Positions 15,292 through 24,163 of a stretch of DNA of 33,957 bases are shown here, piece by piece (the stretch's first letter is position 1; every line of letters begins with the position of its first letter). Under the pieces are notes generated by a model, which did no database searches, had not been told where the DNA came from, and saw only the letters and a list, made by a program, of their open reading frames with translations. The translations under genes were made by a program, and so were the position numbers. Source of the DNA: a bacterium (GTDB taxonomy: Bacteria > Patescibacteriota > Minisyncoccia > Phycocordibacterales > SBAW01); contig JAKAHS010000003.1 in assembly GCA_021814825.1 (NCBI GenBank), forward strand, positions 1 to 33,957, in the 5' to 3' direction.

Positions 15292-16386
15292 ACCTATGAG
15301 GATATCATCTCCATCCCAAACCTGCTTGCGGCGTGGCGTGAATTTGTGAGAGGCAAAAGCGGCAAGCCCGACGTGCAGGAATTTCAGTATCGGTTATTTG
15401 GCAACATTTTCGCACTGCACACTGAACTGAAGTACAAGACGTACGCTCACGGCAGCTACCGTCACTTCAAGGTCAACGACCCCAAGCCGCGCGATATTCA
15501 TAAAGCGAGCGTGCGCGACAGACTGGTGCACCATGCCATCTACCGCGTCCTCTACCCGTTCTTCGACCGCACATTCATCGCTGACTCATATTCATGTAGG
15601 AATTGGAAGGGGACGCATAAAGCGATGAACCGTTTCCGTACCTTTGCTCGCAAGGTGTCGGAGAACGATACGCGCACCTGCTGGGTCCTCAAGTGCGACA
15701 TACGGAAGTTCTTCGCATCGGTAGACCAGCATGTGCTCCGTACGATCCTTGAGCGATACATTACTGATTCCGACATTCTGCTCTTGCTCGATCGTGTCAT
15801 TGGCAGTTTCTATAGCACGGAAATAGGCAAAGGGTTGCCGCTTGGCAATCTCACCTCGCAACTGCTCGTGAATATCTACATGAATGAGTTCGATCAGTTC
15901 ATGAAGCACACGATCAAAGCGAGATACTACACCCGCTATGCTGACGACTTCGTGATAGTGAGTAGAGACAGAAGAGAGCTCGAAGCAATGCTGCCGAAGA
16001 TAGACGCGTTTCTTCATGAGTCGCTCAAACTCACCCTTCATCCACAGAAGGTATCGATCGCCACACTAGTCTCCGGCGTCGACTTCCTCGGTTGGGTGCA
16101 CTTTCCCGGCCACCGCGCGCTGCAGACCGCTACGAAGCGCCGAGCACTGCGCCGTACTCAAGGTCTTGAGGTAGATAGTCCGACGGTGCGATCGTATCTT
16201 GGAATGATGAGCCATGGGAATACAAGGAAGGCGAGAAGCGCAATTGAATCTCAGTACAGCATGTCAGGTCGTATAGATGGCCAGCATCTTGGGTTGACAG
16301 AATGGCCGCGCTCCGATTTCATACAGGCAGGAGGTAACCAACCAGAGAGAGGCGAAGATGCAAACACTCGTGACGTTCCAGGATGA
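15204..16386 (+). CDS. DGR reverse transcriptase; proposed ATG 15204 is out of frame at the G9 tract (the ORF track uses TTG 15226)
   Basis: DPKPRDI, RDRLVHHA, SYSCR..KGTH, KCDIRKFF.S, GLPLGNLTSQ, RYADDF and DFLG motifs. Confidence 0.95.
15258..15266. repeat. G9/C9 homopolymer within the avd/RT overlap
   Basis: ...TTTCT GGGGGGGGG CTTTAG... Confidence 0.9.
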
Positions 16387-16600
16387 GATGGGGACACCGT
16401 TCCACTGTGTCCTGGCTGGCGATGATTGGCTGGAAAGCGGCTTGATCGACAGCGTCGGGCAAGAGATCGAGGTGGTCGACTCAGAAGACCAGCCGGGAGA
16501 GCCCTACATCGTCGTTGAAATCACCCCCGAGGCGCAAGACTGTCTTGCGGGTGCGGTCAATGAAGTGACGCTTCGCAAAAAGAGGCGCCTTCTCAACTGA
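16358..16600 (+). CDS. Small hypothetical protein
   Basis: 80 aa, GAGG upstream, followed by a terminator; overlaps the RT 3' end. Confidence 0.6.
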   Translation: MQTLVTFQDEMGTPFHCVLAGDDWLESGLIDSVGQEIEVVDSEDQPGEPYIVVEITPEAQDCLAGAVNEVTLRKKRRLLN

Positions 16601-16615
16601 CCCCGGGAAGACGGT

Positions 16616-16648
16616 AAAGCGCGGACGAAGTCCGCGCTTTTTCTTTTT
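16616..16648. terminator. Intrinsic terminator between convergent genes
   Basis: AAAGCGCGGAC-GAA-GTCCGCGCTTT then TTCTTTTT. Confidence 0.85.
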
Positions 16649-16653
16649 GTCTT

Positions 16654-17712
16654 CTATCCGATCAGTTTGTCCTGGAGATCGTCTGGCGTATCGAAACCGA
16701 GATGTGCGTACGCTTTTGGCGTGGCGACGCGCCCGCGCGGCGTGCGCTCAATGAGACCGAGCTGCAGCAGGTACGGTTCGTGCACATCGGAAAGCGTGTT
16801 CGGCTCCTCGGCAAGCGCCGCTGCGACCGCGCCGACGCCCGCAGGGCCGCCGCCAAAGCGCTCGATAAGTACTTCCAGAAGCCGGCGATCGGTGGGAGTG
16901 AGACCGAGTTCGTCCACCTCAAGCATGCCGAGCGCCTCGGCGGCGACCCGCTTCGTGATCGGCGAGCGCTTAAGCTGGGCGAAATCGCGTGCGCGCTTGA
17001 GCAGATAGTTTGCGGTGCGCGGAGTGAAGCGCGCGCGGCGCGCGATCTCGCGAACGGCCTCTTCTTCAATTTCAACACCAAGGATCGCCGCTGATCGTCG
17101 CACGATCGCCGCGATGTCGTCCTCGCTGTAGAACTCTAAGCGGAAACTGCCGCCGGAGAATCGTGAGCGAAGCGGCGCGGAGAGGTCGGCGACGCGCGTA
17201 GTCGCAGCGATGAGCGTGAACGGCGGCAGCGGCAACTCGATCGTGCGTGCACTCGGCCCCTTGCCGATGATGATATTGAGCACGCCCGACTCCATCGCGG
17301 GGTAGAGCACTTCTTCGATCGTCCGCGGCAGTCGGTGGATCTCGTCGATGAAAAGAATATCGCGCGGCGAGAGGTTGGTGAGAAGCGCAGCCAAGTCGCC
17401 GACGCGTTCGATCGCCGGGCCGGAGGTGGTGCGAAGGTTGCCGTCGAGTTCGTGTGCGATGAGATGAGCGAGCGTGGTCTTGCCGAGGCCGGGCGGACCG
17501 TAAAAAAGGACGTGTTCGGGCGGAGTGTTGCGCTCGCGCGCTGCGGTGATGAGCACGTGCAGATTATTTTTGATACTTTCTTGCCCTATGTATTCATCCC
17601 ATGCGGCAGGGCGCAGCGTGGCATCGAGCGATGGAGAGGGAGCAGCCGCTTCCCCTTGTGGCACAACGATATTTTCCGCATCATCGAACCCGTCTTGTGA
17701 AGAGCTTGACAT
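16654..17712 (-). CDS. ruvB: Holliday junction helicase RuvB
   Basis: [20 protein letters not shown] and RTPRGR motifs. Confidence 0.97.
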   Translation of the reverse strand: MSSSSQDGFDDAENIVVPQGEAAAPSPSLDATLRPAAWDEYIGQESIKNNLHVLITAARERNTPPEHVLFYGPPGLGKTTLAHLIAHELDGNLRTTSGPAIERVGDLAALLTNLSPRDILFIDEIHRLPRTIEEVLYPAMESGVLNIIIGKGPSARTIELPLPPFTLIAATTRVADLSAPLRSRFSGGSFRLEFYSEDDIAAIVRRSAAILGVEIEEEAVREIARRARFTPRTANYLLKRARDFAQLKRSPITKRVAAEALGMLEVDELGLTPTDRRLLEVLIERFGGGPAGVGAVAAALAEEPNTLSDVHEPYLLQLGLIERTPRGRVATPKAYAHLGFDTPDDLQDKLIG

Positions 17713-18050
17713 AGATTGTTTAGTATGCTAACCTTTTGACAGTTCTCACGATTTCTTCTCACCGAGAATGCGCTCATGTTCGAGGGAGCATATCTCTAAG
17801 CAATACGACCAACCCTGGTTTTGGGACCGATTTAAGGACGCTTCGGCAGCAGTTTTTATACTGTTCCCGCGGGGGCTATCCTCAGAACCGTCTTCCACTT
17901 TCGATTTATCGAAATGAGTATTGCTTAGAGGTATGCGGTCTCGAATCAACGAGTCGCAAAGAACAACATGCAAGAAAACATAACTTCCATAACTGTACTC
18001 TTTTGGCTTAGCGATTCAATATTGACCCAACTTAGAGCCATGTTCTAAAG

Positions 18051-18088
18051 AAAAGCCCTCGGCTGCGTAAATGCAACCGAGGGTTTTT
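18051..18088 (-). terminator. Terminator after pyrC
   Basis: AAAAACCCTCGGTTGCA-TTTA-CGCAGCCGAGGGCTTTT on the minus strand. Confidence 0.75.
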
Positions 18089-18104
18089 GTATTTCAACTT
18101 CAGA

Positions 18105-19172
18105 TCACTCGACCGACGGCTCGAGCTGCCAGAGGATCTGTTCGCCGGCGCGGAGCGGGACGACCGTGTTGCCTTCTCCGTACTCATAGGACTGCGGCAC
18201 GAGCCACGGCTTCTCGACGAGCGTGATGGTTTCCATATTGCGCGGAAGGCCATAGAAGTCTGCGCCGGTGAAAGAGGCGAAGGCTTCAAGCTTGTCGAGT
18301 GCGTTCATTTCCGCGAACACTTCGGCGTAGAGCTCGATGCCGGCGTGCGCCGTAAAACATCCGGCGCAGCCACATGCGGCTTCCTTCGTGTGTTTGGCAT
18401 GCGGCGCCGAGTCGGTGCCGAGGAAGAAGCCAGGGCTGCCGGATGCCACTGCCGCGACTAGTGCTTGGCGATGAGTCTCGCGCTTGAGGACCGGCAGACA
18501 GTAGTGATGCGGTCGGACCCCGCCCTGGAAGATCGCGTTGCGATTGAGGAGCAGATGATGCGCGGTGATGGTCGCTGCCGTTTGACTGCCCATACTCCTG
18601 TCGTAGTTGACGTAATCGACGCCGTCCTTGGTGGTAACGTGCTCGAGCACTATCTTGAGCGCCGGGTGTCCCCTGCGGATCGGCACCAAGACGCGTTCGA
18701 TGAAGACTCGCTCGCGGTCGAAGATGTCGACCGCAAGGTCGGTCACTTCGCCGTGCACGCACAGCGGCACTTCGGAGCGCTCCATTGCCTCGAACCGGTC
18801 GTGCAGCTTGTCGATGTCGGTCACGCCCGCGTCCGAGTTGGTAGTTGCGCCTGCCGGATAGAGTTTGAACCCGAGCACGAGATCTTCTTGTGCCGCGCGC
18901 GCCACCTCCTCGACCGACGTGTTGTCGGTGAGGTAGATGAACATGCGCGGGTCGAAGTCGGTGCCCGCGGGCAAGACGCGCAGGATGCACTCCCGATAGG
19001 CAAGCGCCTGCGCCACGGTCGTGACCGGCGGCTTGAGGTTGGGCATGATGCCCGCCCGCCCAAACCGCCGCGCACTGAAAGGCAGCACAGCCGCCATGCC
19101 CTCCCCGTCGCGCACATGCAGATGCCAGTCATCCGGGCGGATGATGGAAAGACGCCTAGGTTTCATTTCCAT
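18105..19172 (-). CDS. pyrC: Dihydroorotase, homodimeric (E. coli-like) type
   Basis: [30 protein letters not shown] and LGTDSAPH motifs; AGGAG RBS before MEMKP. Confidence 0.95.
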   Translation of the reverse strand: MEMKPRRLSIIRPDDWHLHVRDGEGMAAVLPFSARRFGRAGIMPNLKPPVTTVAQALAYRECILRVLPAGTDFDPRMFIYLTDNTSVEEVARAAQEDLVLGFKLYPAGATTNSDAGVTDIDKLHDRFEAMERSEVPLCVHGEVTDLAVDIFDRERVFIERVLVPIRRGHPALKIVLEHVTTKDGVDYVNYDRSMGSQTAATITAHHLLLNRNAIFQGGVRPHHYCLPVLKRETHRQALVAAVASGSPGFFLGTDSAPHAKHTKEAACGCAGCFTAHAGIELYAEVFAEMNALDKLEAFASFTGADFYGLPRNMETITLVEKPWLVPQSYEYGEGNTVVPLRAGEQILWQLEPSVE

Positions 19173-20143
19173 TTGAGACTCCTTATGTGAACGTGGTTGG
19201 CGTGATCGATGATGCGGCTCATGTGATGCGGACGCACTACCGCAAGTGAGCCGATGAATACCGCGTCTGCAAGCGACAGCACATCGATGTCTGTTTCGGT
19301 GCGGATGCCGTTGCCGGCAACGATCGGAATGGAAACGCCGCTTTCGCGCAGCTCCCACACCTTTTGGATCGTGAGCGGAAGACAGGCCGGACTCGAAAGG
19401 CCGCCATCTGCCGCGACACCGCGTCGTCTGATCGGCGATACCTTCCCGTACGGCGACCAGTCGATCTGGTCAGTGCCGAAGAACGGAATGGTGTTACCGA
19501 CCCAGAGACCGTCCGCAACACGCGACACCTCGACGAGAACCGATGTCGGCATCAGCGCGTTGCAGTTGATGACGACCGGTATGCCGAGCATCGACTTGGC
19601 GGTTTCCGTCTGCGTGCAGATCTCGTCTTTGAATTCCGCGAGATCATGACCGCTGTTGGGACAACCGAAGTTGATCTGAAGCGCGACCGATGCACGGAAA
19701 GGCAGATACGGCCGGAGCAGTGCACAGAAATCGCGCAGCTCCGCTTCGCGTCCGCTCGCATCGCCGGCGACCGCCATGAACGATATGAAGAACGGCTGAG
19801 TGATGCTGTAGTACGCGCCGCTGCGAAGATAGAACGCTGCTCCGAAGTTGGACAGGCCGACCGCATTCGCCATCTCGCCGCGCATGAAGTCGACCCAGAT
19901 ACACTTGGGTGCGAATTCCTTAGGCGTGGTGCCGTCCTCCCGGAGAGGCATGTTGCCATCCTCCCCGAAGGCTTTGCCGCGCCGCGGCAGGAGCGTGAGG
20001 GTTTTGCCGGAAAAGCCGGTGCCGCGCCAGTCCATGCCGAGATATTTCCAATAGCGATGGAATGGGTACCCCTCGCCATAGAAGCCTCGCGCGCCGGTGG
20101 CGCAGAACACCGAACCGTACTTCTCACCGTCAAGTATGAGCAT
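19163..20143 (-). CDS. pyrD: Divergent dihydroorotate dehydrogenase-like flavoprotein
   Basis: KTLT..PR.G, NAVGLSN.G, INFGCPN, GNT, GGLS, GNGI and ADAVFIGS motifs; overlaps the pyrC start. Confidence 0.75.
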   Translation of the reverse strand: MLILDGEKYGSVFCATGARGFYGEGYPFHRYWKYLGMDWRGTGFSGKTLTLLPRRGKAFGEDGNMPLREDGTTPKEFAPKCIWVDFMRGEMANAVGLSNFGAAFYLRSGAYYSITQPFFISFMAVAGDASGREAELRDFCALLRPYLPFRASVALQINFGCPNSGHDLAEFKDEICTQTETAKSMLGIPVVINCNALMPTSVLVEVSRVADGLWVGNTIPFFGTDQIDWSPYGKVSPIRRRGVAADGGLSSPACLPLTIQKVWELRESGVSIPIVAGNGIRTETDIDVLSLADAVFIGSLAVVRPHHMSRIIDHANHVHIRSLKWK

Positions 20144-20211
20144 GATCTTTCCTTCTGGTTTGTGAAGAACACGGCTTCTTGAGAAAGAAGCCACCGAACT
20201 ATCTGCGGGGT

Positions 20212-20240
20212 ACTGTAGGTGAAAAAGGAGGGGCGGTCAA
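20212..20240 (-). promoter_or_regulatory. Sigma70 promoter of pyrD-pyrC
   Basis: TTGACC-N17-TACAGT; leader hairpin GGCTTCTT/AAGAAGCC at 20173-20192. Confidence 0.7.
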
Positions 20241-20247
20241 TGCGACA

Positions 20248-20745
20248 TCAGTGCGCCGCGAGAATGTTTGCGGCGACCACGAACATAGCGATGATAAGCA
20301 CCTGCGAAGCGATGCCGAGAACGCTGCGGCCTTCTTGGCGGAGTCGATGCGGTGAATGAGTTCGGTTGTGAAGATCCTGCATCGCCTTGATCGGACGGGT
20401 CGGCAGACGTGTATAGATGAATTGAAGGAAGTCAGGCGCGATACCGCCTGCTATGCCGGCGATTATCGCGAGAAGCGCGCCGGATCCTCCGAAGAAAAAG
20501 AATGAGAGAGCGATGCCGAGCAGCAGGTCGCAGCCGATATCGAACAGGTCGATGAACAAAGCGCGGTCGAGCACCAGTGCGCCTCCCCGATCTGGGTCGA
20601 TCGAGGAATAGAGCGGGTAGTCCCAGTGAGGGATCGCGTCGAGCGCGTAATGACTCGCGAAGCCAAGACAAAAACCGAGCACGGGTTGTGCGGGGGTGAG
20701 TGAAGCAAGCGCAGCGCCCGCGATCGCGTGAGTGGTAAGGGTCAT
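20248..20745 (-). CDS. Membrane protein, putative metal-dependent hydrolase
   Basis: THAIAG, SHYALDAIPHWD, PD and H...H motifs among TM helices. Confidence 0.6.
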   Translation of the reverse strand: MTLTTHAIAGAALASLTPAQPVLGFCLGFASHYALDAIPHWDYPLYSSIDPDRGGALVLDRALFIDLFDIGCDLLLGIALSFFFFGGSGALLAIIAGIAGGIAPDFLQFIYTRLPTRPIKAMQDLHNRTHSPHRLRQEGRSVLGIASQVLIIAMFVVAANILAAH

Positions 20746-20777
20746 GTGCGTAGTACAACTCGTGGCATGGTGCGGCG

Positions 20778-22460
20778 TTACTGCGCCTGCAGATCGACCA
20801 CGCGGCCGAGTTCGGCGATCGAGGTGATGCCGCGCAGGACTTTGAGGATGCCATCTTCGGTCATGGACGGCATGCCCTGCGGACGCGCTGCGTCGAAGAT
20901 CTCGCGCGCTGATGGTTTGGTGATGAGCACGTCTTCGATCGCGCGGTCCATGAAGATCGCCTCAAAGATGCCGACGCGCCCTTTGTAGCCGCGGCCGTTG
21001 CATGTTTCGCAGCCGCCTTCGCGCGCGTCGGAGACGAGCGTCTTGTTCTGCGGGATGAGCGCGCGGTCGACGACCCCGCCAAGCGTGCGATCGATCAGCC
21101 GCTGCTCGTCCGCGGTGGCGGGGCGCTGCACGCGGCACTCGGGGCAGAGCTTGCGCACGAGGCGTTGTGCCATCGCAACGTTGATCGATGACGACAGCAC
21201 CTTTTCACTGACACCAAGATCGATGAGGCGGGGGAACGCGCCGGCGGCGTCGTTGGTGTGCAGCGTCGAGAAGACGAGGTGGCCGGTGAGGGCGGCGTTG
21301 ATCGCGGTCGTTGCCACCTCATCGTCGCGGATCTCGCCGACCATGATGATGTCGGGATCTTGGCGCAGCGCCGAGCGCAGGCCGGCCGCGAAGGTGTAGC
21401 CCTTTTCGGCCTCGACCTGCGTCTGTACGATGCCTTCAAGGTGGTATTCGATCGGGTCTTCGATCGTGATGATCTTCGATTCGGGGTTGTTGACCTTGCG
21501 CAGGAACGCGTAGAGCGTCGTCGTCTTACCGCTCCCCGTCGGACCGGTCGTGAGGATCATGCCGTTTGGTTTTGCGATCTCGCGCTCAATGCGCAAGCGA
21601 TACTTTTCTTCCATGCCGAGGCTCTCCAGCGGCACTTTGATTGATTTCGGATTGAGCAAGCGCATCACCATGGTCTCGCCATAGGAACCAGGCAGCACGG
21701 ATGAGCGGATCTCGATCTCTTCGTCGCTCACCTTGATGCTGAAGCGGCCGTCTTGCGCGGCGTTCGTGACGTTGAGCTTGAGACCGGAGAGAAGCTTGAG
21801 GCGCGAGAGCATGAGATGGAATGTTTCAGGATCGATCTGCAGGATGTCGACGAGGACGCCATCGAGGCGGTAGCGCAGGCGCACTGCTTTCTCCTCCGGC
21901 TCAAGATGGATGTCGGAAGCGTCGATCGTGAGCGCGCCGGCGAGCATGATTTGCAGAAGGCGCGTCACGCGGTAGGCGCGGTTGAGCGAGATCGCTTCCG
22001 ACATGAGGCTCGCGATGCGTGCGGTGCTGGTGGCTTGCGTGAGCAGCAGTTCGAAGTCGCCACCGGTGATATCGAAGATGCCGGCATGACTCTCGACCGC
22101 ATAGGAGAGATCGGCGTAATGATCCCACGCGCGCCTGAGGCTGGCTTCAGAACATATATAGAGAGTGATGGTGTAGCCGGCGTCTTGCAGTTTCTGCACC
22201 GCGAGTTTCGTCTTGGTGCTCTCCGGCTCATGCGCGGCGACCGAGATGCGTTTGCCGACGCGACCGTAGGCGGCGATCTTCGCATCACGCGCCTCTTCCT
22301 CGGGTATGAGGCGCAGCGCATCGGTGTTGGTGGGTACCAGCGAGAGATCGATGTACTCGACACCGTATTTTTTTGAAAGGATGAGCGCGAGCTCTTCGGC
22401 TTCGCGGTCGCGCAGCACTTGCAAGCGCTTGAGTTCTTCGCTGTCGGCGAATTGGGGCAT
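20778..22460 (-). CDS. pilB: Type IV pilus/T2SS assembly ATPase (PilB/GspE)
   Basis: ASDIHLEP, GPTGSGKTTT, TIEDPIEY, LRQDPD and CxxC...CxxC motifs. Confidence 0.92.
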   Translation of the reverse strand: MPQFADSEELKRLQVLRDREAEELALILSKKYGVEYIDLSLVPTNTDALRLIPEEEARDAKIAAYGRVGKRISVAAHEPESTKTKLAVQKLQDAGYTITLYICSEASLRRAWDHYADLSYAVESHAGIFDITGGDFELLLTQATSTARIASLMSEAISLNRAYRVTRLLQIMLAGALTIDASDIHLEPEEKAVRLRYRLDGVLVDILQIDPETFHLMLSRLKLLSGLKLNVTNAAQDGRFSIKVSDEEIEIRSSVLPGSYGETMVMRLLNPKSIKVPLESLGMEEKYRLRIEREIAKPNGMILTTGPTGSGKTTTLYAFLRKVNNPESKIITIEDPIEYHLEGIVQTQVEAEKGYTFAAGLRSALRQDPDIIMVGEIRDDEVATTAINAALTGHLVFSTLHTNDAAGAFPRLIDLGVSEKVLSSSINVAMAQRLVRKLCPECRVQRPATADEQRLIDRTLGGVVDRALIPQNKTLVSDAREGGCETCNGRGYKGRVGIFEAIFMDRAIEDVLITKPSAREIFDAARPQGMPSMTEDGILKVLRGITSIAELGRVVDLQAQ

Positions 22461-22532
22461 ACCACCAGCTTACCGCTTTTAGCCTCTAGCTTCTAGCTTT
22501 GATTCAGAATAACTCGCTGTTATAGTGAGCGC

Positions 22533-22964
22533 ATGAAGATCACCCTCGATGAGTTGCAGAATGTTGCGCGCGATATAGCGATGCGCATTGCCGTGAAAAA
22601 AGATGGCATGGCGTTTCTCATCACGCTTCACGGCGAGCTCGGCGCGGGGAAGACGACCTTCGTGCAGGCGCTGGCGCGCGAGCTTGGCGCAGGGGTGCCG
22701 ATCAAAAGCCCGACCTTCACGCTGATGAAAAAATATCCGATCGAATTCGGTGAGTTCATGAGCTTTGTGCACATCGACGCGTACCGACTCGACGGCGCGG
22801 CACAGTTTGCGGCGCTTCGGCCGGAGGAATTTTTGCAGGACCCTGGAGCGATCGTGTGTGTGGAGTGGCCGGAGCGGGTGGAAGGGGCGCTGCCAAAACC
22901 CGACATCGCGCTCAGCTTCGCGCACGGTGAGAAGGAGAATGAGCGCGAAGTTATTTTTGAATAA
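22533..22964 (+). CDS. tsaE: tRNA threonylcarbamoyladenosine biosynthesis ATPase TsaE
   Basis: GELGAGKTT, SPTF, HIDAYRL and VEWP motifs. Confidence 0.95.
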   Translation: MKITLDELQNVARDIAMRIAVKKDGMAFLITLHGELGAGKTTFVQALARELGAGVPIKSPTFTLMKKYPIEFGEFMSFVHIDAYRLDGAAQFAALRPEEFLQDPGAIVCVEWPERVEGALPKPDIALSFAHGEKENEREVIFE

Positions 22965-23017
22965 GAAAAACTGCAAGCATTGCTGCTTGCAGTTGTGCAC
23001 GGGGTTCGTGCGAGATG

Positions 23018-23461
23018 TTACCGACTCGCCGTGAGGCCGATCGGCAACGAGAGAGCAAGAGGCACCACCTGGTTCTTGTTGTCGAGCATGAAGAACGGCG
23101 GGGGTTCTTTGCTCAAGGACGTAGTCATGACGATCGGAAGGCCGACCCTGCCGGGGTCAGCGACCGTGTAGACGATGCCGTTCCACGTTGCAGAGCAGAC
23201 CGTTTCGTAGGGGACACCTTGCTCTAGCGTGGAAGCCGAAACCAGTGTCTGGATGGTGTTGGTTGCGGCGCTCACTGTTTTTGTTGCGGTGATGAAGGTC
23301 GGCAGGAATAGTAAGCAACTGCCGACGATCGCCACCGCACTCTTCAGAAGTCTCTGCCAAAGCGCCATTTTGGATGAGAACATCATGACGCCGATCGAGA
23401 GTATGACTCCGCCGGCGATCATGATGGAAGCATCACCGGGATTGGTTGTGGTAGGAAACAT
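23018..23461 (-). CDS. Hypothetical membrane protein (2 TM)
   Basis: Two hydrophobic helices; GAGGTG RBS; promoter TTGACG-N17-TAGTCT at 23519-23547. Confidence 0.6.
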   Translation of the reverse strand: MFPTTTNPGDASIMIAGGVILSIGVMMFSSKMALWQRLLKSAVAIVGSCLLFLPTFITATKTVSAATNTIQTLVSASTLEQGVPYETVCSATWNGIVYTVADPGRVGLPIVMTTSLSKEPPPFFMLDNKNQVVPLALSLPIGLTASR

Positions 23462-23599
23462 GGTCTGCACCTCACTATCAAGTTATGGGCTTGCGCCCGA
23501 AGGACTTTCGCTGAGTGCAGACTAGCACATCAAAGCTGCTGCGTCAAGCTGTTCAGCGTGAACGCGGTGCTTATAGGTTAGGTGCGCTGGCAAAGAATT

Positions 23600-23624
23600 A
23601 GCCCACCGCAATACGCAGTGGGCT
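23600..23624 (-). terminator. Terminator after the repeat protein
   Basis: AGCCCACTGCG-TAT-TGCGGTGGGCT then AATTCTTT. Confidence 0.6.
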
Positions 23625-23646
23625 GTGGTCTGGAGTCGAACAGCGA

Positions 23647-24057
23647 TCATGCCGAATAGATGAGTTCGGCCCACCGCAATTCCCAGATCGACTTCGCTTC
23701 GCTGTCCCTCGGTGACTCGCGGCATTTCTGGCGAGCGACCGCGACGTCAACGCAAGAAGCGGCGTCCGCTTTCGCGCCAGCGTCCGCCAGTTCGACCCAG
23801 CGCGCGTACCAGATCCGCTCCGCTTCGGATCCACTCAGCGGCTCCTTGTACTTCTGGCGAGCGACCGCGATGTCGGTGCAAGAACTGGCATTCGTCCTTG
23901 CGTCGATGTCCATCAACTCGATCCAGCGGACGTACCAGAGCCGCTCCTCCTCTCCGCGGCCACTCGGGACTTCGTTGAACTTTCGATACGCGACAGCCGG
24001 ATCGGTGCAAGCAGCAATCGCCTTTTTGACGCGTGCGGAGACTTTGTGATCAGCCAT
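23647..24057 (-). CDS. Protein with three tandem repeats of about 42 aa
   Basis: A.SC.D.AVA.QK......SE.ER.WY.RW.EL repeated three times; GGAGGGAG RBS. Confidence 0.75.
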   Translation of the reverse strand: MADHKVSARVKKAIAACTDPAVAYRKFNEVPSGRGEEERLWYVRWIELMDIDARTNASSCTDIAVARQKYKEPLSGSEAERIWYARWVELADAGAKADAASCVDVAVARQKCRESPRDSEAKSIWELRWAELIYSA

Positions 24058-24163
24058 GAGGCTCCCTCCTTTGTGGGTGTTAGGGACGATTCTAAGTTGA
24101 GATATACCACACAGCGAGCTGTCCCGTCAAGCTTCAATGAACGAACATGATATGATGAGACGA

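Larger units (their letters stand above)
13746..16386. mobile_element. Diversity-generating retroelement: target(VR), TR, avd (antisense), RT
   Basis: 112-nt VR/TR pair with adenine-only mismatches, Avd-like gene, DGR-type RT and a hairpin downstream of VR. Confidence 0.97.

Noticed and set aside
15226-16386. RT as a group II intron, retron or CRISPR-associated RT
   Set aside because: No maturase/endonuclease domain or cas genes; the VR/TR pair and Avd identify a DGR
17736-18045. AT-rich stretch with short ORFs upstream of ruvB
   Set aside because: No coherent ORF or motif; possibly a decayed gene, but unsupported
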